Made by a program: the position numbers and the translations under genes
In this document: in pieces, positions 14,717 through 21,189 of the stretch
How the letters are laid out: every line of letters begins with the position of its first letter
How positions within the stretch are numbered: the first letter of the stretch is position 1
NCBI RefSeq assembly: GCF_000698785.1
Contig: NZ_CP007536.1
Location: forward strand, 1,200,001-1,232,000
DNA: 32,000 bases
Direction of reading: 5' to 3'
Source: Nitrososphaera viennensis EN76
Lineage (GTDB): Archaea > Thermoproteota > Nitrososphaeria > Nitrososphaerales > Nitrososphaeraceae
The notes under the pieces: model-generated
Seen by the model: the letters and a program-made list of their open reading frames with translations, nothing else
Databases searched by the model: none
Told to the model about the DNA's origin: nothing

Positions 14717-17683
14717 TTAGCTCTGACCTTTCATCGCCATACGGACGTTGCGCTTCAGGTCTGTTGCGCTCTTGGCGTACATCATGGCGCTTATCGCTAT
14801 GCCAGCGGCTATCGCGGGCCCGGCAAGGTCGGCAAGCGAAAAGCCGACGTTTGTCACAGGGCTTGCCGTTTCTTCTGGCGCGCCTGCGCCTCCCGGCTGC
14901 TGCGGCGCCGGCGCGGAAGGCTTGGCCGTTATCGCGATGCTGCCAAGGGCTGATCCTTGCTGTTCTGCAAACCAGATCTTGCCCTTGTCGTCAGCGACCA
15001 AGTATTGAATGGTCGAGCCCGAGGTCGGTATCTTGGCCTCAGCACTTGCCCCTGTCCTTGGATCGAATACGGCGACCCGGTCTATTGTGTGCAGTGCAAC
15101 CCATATGTTGCCATAGCTGTCAGCCGCCATTCCAAAGGGCAGGCCGGCGTCGTTCAGGGCAGGATACTCGCGGAACGTCTCAAAGAGCGGGTTGAATGCC
15201 GTGACAGTGTGCCCTTCATGCTCGGTGACAAAGAGGTCGTGGCCGTTTGGATCAGGGAATATGGAAGTAGGTATTATGAGCTTGTTCTGGCCCTTTGGCG
15301 CGTATTCCGTGATGTTGCCAGTTGCAGGATCTATGATTGCGATCTTGCCTACCGCCGATTCTGGCATCCACAGGTTGCCATTACGGTCTACCGATAGAGC
15401 TACAGGTCCGGAGTTGGGCGACGGTATATCTATTGCAGAGAATTTTTCAGAGCGTGGGTCAAACTTGAAGACTTTGTTTGGCTGAGACACTGGCATCCAC
15501 AGGTTGCCATTGCGATCTATTGCAAGACCTGTTGCTATGCCGTTTTCTGACAGTTGGAATTTGCGGTCTTGCTTTGTTTGTGGGTCGTACTGCCCAAGAT
15601 ATGATGGCAAGGATGTTGACGGTGGCGGCGGGCTAATATACCACAACTTGCCGTCGCTGCCAAGTGCCACCATTGTGACAAGGTTGGCACTATCTGGACG
15701 GCTGCTCAATTTGTGTACCGTATAGTTGCCTGTAGCAGTGTCAAATTGGAATATTCTGCTTGAACCCGGATTCGTGTCGCCGACCCATATCGACTGACGA
15801 GCCGCGTCGAATACAGGGTACAACAAGAGGCTCTTTTCCGGCGTCTTGTACTCCTTGACCTCAAATCCGAGGCTCGATATCGCCGGCCTTACAGTGACGT
15901 CAAGGCTTGCGACGATGTTTGACGCGGAGGAGCGCACGCCTTCCACCTGGATAGACCACACGCCCGGCAGGCTGAAAGCCGCGTCTGCGGCAAACGTGCC
16001 GTCCTGCTGGCGCGTCGTGTTGATGCTTATCGGGCCTATCCCCTTTTCGACCTGCGTAAGCTTTATCGTTGCAGCGCTGACGTCTGTAGCAGGCTTGTTG
16101 TCACTGCCAGCGAACGCAAGCGTGAACCTGTTCTGGCCCACGGCAAACGGGTCCACCGCGAGGTTTACCTTGCCGTCAGGAGCGTACAGCGTCTGGGTGA
16201 ATTTTGTGGATGCGGCAGCGGCTGTCTGCTGCGTGGCGGCAAACGCTTCCTGCGAATCCTGTGGCTTGCCGTACTGCGGGAACTCGCCGGCGGGAAGCGA
16301 GCTGTTGGCCATTATGGACACCATCAGGAGCAGCGCTATGCCGACGCCGGCCTCTGCCTTCAAGCTCTTGGCAAAGCGCCCATAGCCGTTTGACTGGACT
16401 GAAGAGCCCCCTACCATTGCGACCGTCGCCTTTTTCTGTATCACAAACTGCGAGTATCCGCCCATTGCGACCATCACGCCGGCAAGGCCCAGCTTGATCG
16501 CAAGGACCTTGCCGTACGTGGACGCAAGCGTCAATGAAAGGTCGCTCTCGATGAGGAAAAGCAAGAGAGGACCGGTTATGATCGCAATGCCAAGTATCGT
16601 GACCACTATTGTGGAAAAGCGCGGTATCAGGATTGAGATCGCTGCGGCCCTTGCGCGCTCGTCAGGCATCGCAAGGATCTTTGGCACTGCCACAAAGCCC
16701 ATCAGTATCAGGCCGCCTATCCAGATGCTTGCGGCGGTGTTGTGGAAAAAGTCAAGCAGGATTGCAGTTATCTGTCCGGTGGCCGCGCCATGCGCTATCA
16801 GGCTTGACGTCACGAGCACCGCAAGGCCCATTACGAGTATCGCAAGCATCTCGGCCCTGCTTGGGAGCGCGCCGGTCCGGGTCAGCTTGCGGTACACAAA
16901 CACAGCGATTATCATTAGGATGGACGACTCGATCATGCGCGTCGTCCAGACGTTGCCAAACTTGGTCGCTATCGCCTGGGCTATCCCCGCGTTGATGTCG
17001 ATCGCCTGCACGGCTATCATGGCAAAGTTTGAGCCAATCACGATGGCCGCGCCGATTATGATGAGTTTTACCATCTTCCGGTCGATTGCGGCGCGCTGGG
17101 AGGATATTGCGCCTGCAAGCCATGGCACGCGCGCAAGCGGCTTCCACAGCCACAGCGAGCCAAACGCCGCGCCCACAACTATCACCTGCCCGACCATGCC
17201 GGGGAACCTTGACGCCGACTCTAGTGGAGACAGGATCTGCGAGGGTGGCGTCGCAGGGCCCGCGCCAGGCGTTACGGCGGTGCCTATCCCAAACGTAAAG
17301 GCGCTTTCTACCACGTGGCCGTCAACTGCGGAAAGCACTCTTGTGGTGACGGTGTAGATGCCGTCAGGCAAGCCCGGCTGCAGTGAAACTCCAAGGGTCT
17401 GGGTGTCGCCTCCCACGTTGTGGGGGTCGTTCTTGTCGACCCGCGCTCCGTCAGGGGCAAGCACCGACATCGTGCTGTACGAGAGCTCTATCGGCTCTGT
17501 GAACGTGACCGTCACCTCTGCCGGCGAGGAAGACAAGCTCTGAAACGGTTTGGGAGAAGAGCTTACTGTTATCGGGTGTGCAAAGGACTGCTGCTGCGGC
17601 GGCATGCCTGCAATGGCGAGCGTCGCCACTACCATGGCAACGGCAACGACGTACAGCAGTGACTGTGGCCGGCCAGACAACAC
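14717..17683 (-). CDS. CopC-CopD-Ig-like fusion extended by a beta-propeller (NHL / streptogramin-lyase-like) and a C-terminal TM anchor
   Basis: Signal peptide ...PPQQQSFA|HPITVSSSP. CopC motif SAVDGHVVESAFTFG. About 8-10 CopD TM helices. Ig-like domain VNLAVDPFAVGQNRFTLAF...GVWSIQV. The propeller blades carry repeated D(R/S)xGNLW(M/V) motifs: DRNGNLWMP twice, DSYGNIWVA, DDKGKIWFA, GSDGKLWYI. The terminal TM helix is IAAGIAISAMMYA. Confidence 0.9.
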   Translation of the reverse strand: MLSGRPQSLLYVVAVAMVVATLAIAGMPPQQQSFAHPITVSSSPKPFQSLSSSPAEVTVTFTEPIELSYSTMSVLAPDGARVDKNDPHNVGGDTQTLGVSLQPGLPDGIYTVTTRVLSAVDGHVVESAFTFGIGTAVTPGAGPATPPSQILSPLESASRFPGMVGQVIVVGAAFGSLWLWKPLARVPWLAGAISSQRAAIDRKMVKLIIIGAAIVIGSNFAMIAVQAIDINAGIAQAIATKFGNVWTTRMIESSILMIIAVFVYRKLTRTGALPSRAEMLAILVMGLAVLVTSSLIAHGAATGQITAILLDFFHNTAASIWIGGLILMGFVAVPKILAMPDERARAAAISILIPRFSTIVVTILGIAIITGPLLLFLIESDLSLTLASTYGKVLAIKLGLAGVMVAMGGYSQFVIQKKATVAMVGGSSVQSNGYGRFAKSLKAEAGVGIALLLMVSIMANSSLPAGEFPQYGKPQDSQEAFAATQQTAAAASTKFTQTLYAPDGKVNLAVDPFAVGQNRFTLAFAGSDNKPATDVSAATIKLTQVEKGIGPISINTTRQQDGTFAADAAFSLPGVWSIQVEGVRSSASNIVASLDVTVRPAISSLGFEVKEYKTPEKSLLLYPVFDAARQSIWVGDTNPGSSRIFQFDTATGNYTVHKLSSRPDSANLVTMVALGSDGKLWYISPPPPSTSLPSYLGQYDPQTKQDRKFQLSENGIATGLAIDRNGNLWMPVSQPNKVFKFDPRSEKFSAIDIPSPNSGPVALSVDRNGNLWMPESAVGKIAIIDPATGNITEYAPKGQNKLIIPTSIFPDPNGHDLFVTEHEGHTVTAFNPLFETFREYPALNDAGLPFGMAADSYGNIWVALHTIDRVAVFDPRTGASAEAKIPTSGSTIQYLVADDKGKIWFAEQQGSALGSIAITAKPSAPAPQQPGGAGAPEETASPVTNVGFSLADLAGPAIAAGIAISAMMYAKSATDLKRNVRMAMKGQS
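15361..15511. repeat. Intragenic blade repeat: a 22-nt perfect repeat one blade (129 nt) apart
   Basis: CTGGCATCCACAGGTTGCCATT occurs at 15361-15382 and 15490-15511. Both copies encode the NGNLWMP blade motif. Confidence 0.85.
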
Positions 17684-17727
17684 GATCGTAATACGCGCCG
17701 GACCATATTTGACTCTTGCTTACTTTA

Positions 17728-17743
17728 TGGTACAAATCCCGAA
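17728..17743 (+). promoter_or_regulatory. Motif copy 5: TGGTACA-AATC-CCGAA
   Basis: Lies 45 nt upstream of GTG 17683. Read in the gene direction the motif abuts CATAAAGTAAG, and a second TATA-like AAATAT lies about 25 nt from the start. Confidence 0.6.
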
Positions 17744-17781
17744 CTGGAATCTTGAGTACAAATCCCGAACTGGAATCTTGA
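17730..17781 (+). repeat. Perfect 26-bp tandem duplication (two units), containing motif copies 5 and 6
   Basis: GTACAAATCCCGAACTGGAATCTTGA occurs at 17730-17755 and again at 17756-17781. Confidence 0.95.
17754..17769 (+). promoter_or_regulatory. Motif copy 6: GAGTACA-AATC-CCGAA (within the tandem duplicate)
   Basis: This is the second unit of the 26-bp tandem repeat. Confidence 0.5.
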
Positions 17782-17872
17782 TTTGTGGCTAATTACCTTG
17801 TAACTAGACCCACAGTTACCGTCGTACCAATGCCATGAAAAGGGTCGAGTATTATAGCATGGCACGATTCAT

Positions 17873-17882
17873 GTTTTAAACC
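17873..17882 (+). promoter_or_regulatory. Consensus TATA box GTTTTAAACC with no ORF downstream
   Basis: The same 10-mer forms the predicted TATA boxes of fbp (24841-24850) and ppdK (28503-28512). Here the next listed ORF start is about 300 nt away. Confidence 0.45.
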
Positions 17883-17908
17883 TTCTCACAAGATTACGGT
17901 AAAGATAT

Positions 17909-17924
17909 TTTACGGCTTTACGGC
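17909..17924 (+). repeat. Tandem 8-mer TTTACGGC (two units)
   Basis: Perfect duplication located at the predicted transcription start for the orphan TATA box. Confidence 0.8.
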
Positions 17925-17995
17925 AAATTTAATTAGCAGCGCTTACCACAGGTTACCATACGTTACGTTAAACCTAGGGTAAAACTTGACGCAAA

Positions 17996-18065
17996 GTAGC
18001 AGGTGGCTCTCACGCTCAGCGACCCTCGCTGATGGGTTGGGCGTGTTGGCCGGGCCACCTGCTAT
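17996..18065 (+). ncRNA. GC-rich structured element: long outer stem enclosing an inner hairpin; candidate small RNA or DNA structural site
   Basis: AGCAGGTGGC (17998-18007) pairs perfectly with GCCACCTGCT (18054-18063), extendable by T17997-A18064. The inner hairpin is TCAGCG-ACCCT-CGCTGA (18016-18032). It is a GC-rich patch inside AT-rich DNA and is flanked by paired TTACCA(C/T)A boxes. Confidence 0.3.
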
Positions 18066-18153
18066 TACTTCTGACTGCCTGTACTGATTTTAAACATTGC
18101 TGTCTTTACCATATTTTACAGTAATTTACCACATGCTCGAAAGGTAACAAAAT

Positions 18154-18213
18154 GTATGCCAAAGTATGCTAGAGTATGCAAAGGCATGCTAGAGTATGCA
18201 AAAACATGTTGAA
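18154..18213 (+). repeat. Six 10-bp-phased units built on GTATGC
   Basis: GTATGC starts at 18154, 18164, 18174 and 18194. GCATGC starts at 18184 and ACATGT at 18204. A 20-bp higher-order unit (18164-18183 against 18184-18203) is 18/20 identical. Confidence 0.85.
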
Positions 18214-18274
18214 AGAACTGCACGGGTGCGGCGGGCGAAAAGCTGCAGCAATAAAGTCATATAACAAGGCCATA

Positions 18275-18691
18275 ATGTCCAAGTCAATGTCTGTACTCGA
18301 TTACCTGCTTCATCATAGCACTGCCAGTTCTTCTATTCTAGTAGCGTTAGCGGTAGGTATTTTTACAATTTTGACACTGTTTACTCAAGTTGCTATTGGC
18401 TCATTTGCGTGGATAGTATTGTCAATCACCTATGTATTTACTTGTATTGCCGGCATTCTCATATTTCGCAATTGGGCCGTTGCAGAAATATTGTTACGTC
18501 ACTTCTCACAAGAGAATACAGGCGATACCGAAGTAAACCTGCATGCAATAGTCGGCGAAAGCAAGATAAGAAAGATGTTCTTTTTTGAACCATTTGCTAA
18601 CAAAGATACATTTTATCTGGCAGCGCTAATCGTGATTGTTTTCTTGGCTATCATCATTTGGGCTGCTTTTGCATTTCAACTCTACCACTAA
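18275..18691 (+). CDS. Small 3-TM membrane protein, unknown function (island ORF)
   Basis: MSKSMSVLDYLLHHSTASSSILVALAVGIFTILTLF... has three hydrophobic helices. The track start at 18176 would translate the GTATGC repeat array, so I prefer ATG 18275. The start remains uncertain. Confidence 0.5.
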   Translation: MSKSMSVLDYLLHHSTASSSILVALAVGIFTILTLFTQVAIGSFAWIVLSITYVFTCIAGILIFRNWAVAEILLRHFSQENTGDTEVNLHAIVGESKIRKMFFFEPFANKDTFYLAALIVIVFLAIIIWAAFAFQLYH

Positions 18692-18830
18692 CACCGTGGC
18701 CAGCATTTCACCAATCGTCATGAATGGGTCCATTGTGACAAGATTGGCACCCCTACGCACCTTGTAGTACCTTTCAAGGCGTTGTCGCACCCGTGCGCTT
18801 TTTATTCAAGCATATCTTTTTGCAGTATGA

Positions 18831-19265
18831 TTGTCATCTAACAAGAGCCAAGTCGATTTTGACTGTCCGTGGTGTGGCAAGTATCAAAGTAAACAGGTTT
18901 ACAACGGTGCAGAAACCGAGACGATTTGTTCAGAATGCAAAAAGCTCGTTGGTATTATTACAGATGCAACAGGCAAGCCTATAGTCATAGCCACAAAGGT
19001 GCATAAGTCAACGCTAACACTAAGCCCAGAAATGGCCGAGACCAAGCTCGGTAAGACCGAGGCCGATATTGAGAAGGCAAGAAAGGAGGCAGAAAGACGC
19101 GGTTTGGTGGTTGAAAGCAAAGTCTACGGTGCTGCGATTGAAATCATAGACAGATTGCGTGATCAGTTGAAACAACAAGACGAAATGTCGAAAGAAATTA
19201 TGAGATTGAAAGAACAAATCGAATTGCTTAACAAACGTATCGAGCTTTATAGAATACTCAAATGA
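18831..19265 (+). CDS. Zinc-ribbon plus coiled-coil protein (island ORF)
   Basis: CPWC-x17-CSEC zinc ribbon, then a long heptad-like C-terminus (EADIEKARKEAERRG...LKQQDEMSKEIMRLKEQIELLNKRIELY). The TTG start is supported by TATA CTTTTTATTC about 29 nt upstream. Confidence 0.6.
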   Translation: MSSNKSQVDFDCPWCGKYQSKQVYNGAETETICSECKKLVGIITDATGKPIVIATKVHKSTLTLSPEMAETKLGKTEADIEKARKEAERRGLVVESKVYGAAIEIIDRLRDQLKQQDEMSKEIMRLKEQIELLNKRIELYRILK

Positions 19266-19339
19266 TATCATATCTGGACGGACCTATTTTGACATTTCAA
19301 GCGAGTCAGATTCAGAAACCAACTAAGAATATTCAGTTG

Positions 19340-19355
19340 TGGTACAAATCCCGAA
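19340..19355 (+). promoter_or_regulatory. Motif copy 7: TGGTACA-AATC-CCGAA
   Basis: Lies 40 nt upstream of ATG 19396 and about 13 nt upstream of TATA GATTATAAGC. It is in the opposite orientation relative to its gene compared with copies 1-6. Confidence 0.55.
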
Positions 19356-19395
19356 CAATCATCAAAGATTATAAGCACTGCAAGATAATTTTTCC

Positions 19396-20088
19396 ATGAT
19401 GCTGATGAAAAAAGCCGCCCTTGCTCTTGCACTTGCAGTCCCGATCATCTTGCTTGCTGGACTTCCTGTTCGTCCAGCGTATGCCCACACCTCCACGGTG
19501 GCAGGCGACATCAAGATGGAGTTAGGCTGGGGAACAGAGCCCCCGCTTCTTGGGCAGATGAACACTGTCGTGGTTGAGGTGACGAGAGTCTCTGACGGCA
19601 AGCCGGTCGCAAACGCCTTTGCGTCTGCAAAATTGACCGTGATAAAGGGCGGCGACAGCAAGGACCTCGAAGTCCTTCCTGGAGAGGCTGCCGGCCTCTA
19701 TGTCGCGCAGATAATCCCGACGCAGCTTGGCCAGATAACGGCGAGCATAACAGGCACCATCGCCGGCCAGCAGGTGAACAACAGCGTCCAGATAGAAGAC
19801 GTAGAAGACACCAAGACGCTCAACTTCCCCGCGTCAAGCAACCCGAACCAGGGCGTCCCGCAGGACTTTGTAAACCAGATGCGCACGACCATATCCGACC
19901 TGACCGGCCAGATTGACGCTGCCAAGACGTCCGCGCAGAACGCAACCGACGCGGCTCAAAAGGCTGCTCAGGATGTTGAAGCGATAAAGGCAGAAGCCGA
20001 CAGGGCTTACCTGATTGGCATGACAGGCATCGGAGTGGGGGTCGCAGGCATCGCCATTGCAGCCCGCTCCCTTTCCCGCAAGGCCTAA
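19396..20088 (+). CDS. Exported protein with a mature N-terminal His, a beta-sandwich domain, a coiled coil and a C-terminal TM anchor
   Basis: Signal peptide ...LPVRPAYA|HTSTVAGDIKMELGWGTEPPLLGQMNTVVVEV, paralogous in pattern to 13884-14639 and 9670-10233. The Ala/Gln-rich helix is DAAKTSAQNATDAAQKAAQDVEAIKAEADRA. The TM helix is followed by RSLSRKA. Confidence 0.85.
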   Translation: MMLMKKAALALALAVPIILLAGLPVRPAYAHTSTVAGDIKMELGWGTEPPLLGQMNTVVVEVTRVSDGKPVANAFASAKLTVIKGGDSKDLEVLPGEAAGLYVAQIIPTQLGQITASITGTIAGQQVNNSVQIEDVEDTKTLNFPASSNPNQGVPQDFVNQMRTTISDLTGQIDAAKTSAQNATDAAQKAAQDVEAIKAEADRAYLIGMTGIGVGVAGIAIAARSLSRKA

Positions 20089-20618
20089 AAAATTTTCTTT
20101 ATTTTCTTTATCCTTGTGGCGACGACTGCCCCGGTCATCACTGCCGCGGCGACTGCGCCCAGCGCGCCTACAGGGAACTCGGGCGTAACACTGATGGAAA
20201 GGTCGGTGTGCTCGGGCGTTATCGGTACCGGAGGCAGGCCGAGGCCAAGAAGCTCAACCCTCACAGTGTATTGACCGTTCTGTGGGAACTTGTACGGCAC
20301 GCTCAGAGTTCCTTCCACGTTGTGCAGCAACGGCTGGTTGGTCTGCTTTGAAGCGCGGAACACCTCGTTGCCGTTCTGGATGATCACAACGTCATAGTCC
20401 TGATGCTGATGAAGAGTTGTAGTGCCAGGATTGAAAAAGCTCACGTTGAGTTTGGCGTTTCCGTCATCGGACCATTCAGGCGTGATCGCGATGTCAAGGC
20501 TTTTGCCACCAGCTGGCGCTCCCGTTTGCGCATACGCGGCAGGGATCACTGCAAACCCTGCGGCCAGGATTGCGGCAAGTGCGATAGAAAGGTATAGCGT
20601 TGTAGACGACATCATCAT
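20085..20618 (-). CDS. PEF-CTERM exported protein (thaumarchaeal PEFG family ectodomain)
   Basis: Signal ...VIPAAYA|QTG. Ectodomain motif YDVVIIQNGNEVFR...GQYTVRV. Tail VTPEFPVGALGAVAAAVMTGAVVATRIKKIKKIF. I prefer the ATG cluster at 20612-20618, preceded by GGTG, over the track's TTG 20639. Confidence 0.85.
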   Translation of the reverse strand: MMMSSTTLYLSIALAAILAAGFAVIPAAYAQTGAPAGGKSLDIAITPEWSDDGNAKLNVSFFNPGTTTLHQHQDYDVVIIQNGNEVFRASKQTNQPLLHNVEGTLSVPYKFPQNGQYTVRVELLGLGLPPVPITPEHTDLSISVTPEFPVGALGAVAAAVMTGAVVATRIKKIKKIF

Positions 20619-20648
20619 CACACCTAATGCCCCGGCCAAGGTAATAAA

Positions 20649-21131
20649 TTATGACCTCTTCCGGAACTTTGCGCCGAAAATCGTCGCAAGCGCGATGCCC
20701 GCGGCTGCCGCAATCGCGGCTGGCGCAAACTCGGGCGTTACCCTAACATCAAAGTCGGCCCCCTCGCCAAGGCCGTCTATGTTTGCAATCCTGATGGTGT
20801 ACGGCCCTTCCGTGGAAAACGCCACGGCCTGCACACTTGCGGCCTGCGACTGCCGGTGCACCGCTTCCTGGCCGCTTGCCGAGACTACGATAAAGTCGTA
20901 GGTGATGTCCTCCAGCTCCCTGCCGGTCTCCGGCTCGACAAATTTTATCTCAAAGGTATTGTCGGCGCCAATGTCTGCCTGCGTCCACCACATCCTTACC
21001 AGAAACGTCCCCTGATCGCTTGCAGACTCGAGCATGGCCAGACCATTGTCATTGTCGTTCTGTGCAAAGGCAGGCTGCAGAAAAGGTATGAGCAGAAAAA
21101 ATGCTGCGAAAAACACTAGCACGGATGACAT
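20649..21131 (-). CDS. PEF-CTERM exported protein (thaumarchaeal PEFG family ectodomain)
   Basis: Signal ...LQPAFA|QND. Ectodomain MWWTQADIGADNTFEIKF...YDFIVVSASGQEAVHR...GPYTIRI. Tail VTPEFAPAAIAAAAGIALATIFGAKFRKRS. Confidence 0.85.
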   Translation of the reverse strand: MSSVLVFFAAFFLLIPFLQPAFAQNDNDNGLAMLESASDQGTFLVRMWWTQADIGADNTFEIKFVEPETGRELEDITYDFIVVSASGQEAVHRQSQAASVQAVAFSTEGPYTIRIANIDGLGEGADFDVRVTPEFAPAAIAAAAGIALATIFGAKFRKRS

Positions 21132-21189
21132 TTTCAGGCAGTTCTAATAATAAAGTATTGTTGGGAAAAGAAAAGGAAAGGGAGCGGCC

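Larger units (their letters stand above)
17782..19339. mobile_element. Low-GC island bracketed by identical 17-bp direct repeats; possible integrated-element remnant with no integrase visible
   Basis: TGGTACAAATCCCGAAC occurs at 17728-17744 and 19340-19356. Hand counts of sample 60-mers give about 40% GC inside the island and about 60-68% in the flanking genes. Content: about 400 nt of non-coding repeat-rich DNA plus two small ORFs with no recognisable housekeeping function. Confidence 0.4.

Noticed and set aside
16494-17357. 287-aa + strand ORF inside the large CopCD-propeller gene
   Set aside because: It is an antisense shadow. The minus-strand frame encodes coherent TM helices and a CopC domain continuous with the rest of the 988-aa protein.
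17996-18065. GC-rich hairpin considered as a tRNA or tRNA fragment (possible integration target)
   Set aside because: The 10-12 bp outer stem is too long for an acceptor stem. There is no D- or T-arm (no GTTCRANYC), and the inner loop lacks the U33 anticodon-loop pattern on either strand.
17730-18213. Tandem repeats considered as a CRISPR array
   Set aside because: The units are directly adjacent (26 bp x 2; 10 bp x 6) with no unique spacers, and no cas genes are present.
19020-19271. 83-aa minus-strand ORF downstream of a motif plus TATA-like AATATTCTTAG on the minus strand
   Set aside because: It is Phe/Leu-rich and is the mirror of the coiled-coil ORF. The + strand ORF has a zinc ribbon and a correctly spaced TATA box. 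An antisense transcript is still possible, but a protein is unlikely.
17782-19339. Terminal inverted repeats for the island (IS/MITE-like)
   Set aside because: Comparing the left end (TGGAATCTTGATTTG) with the reverse complement of the right end (CTGAATATTCTTAGTTG) gives only a weak, gapped resemblance. No transposase is present.
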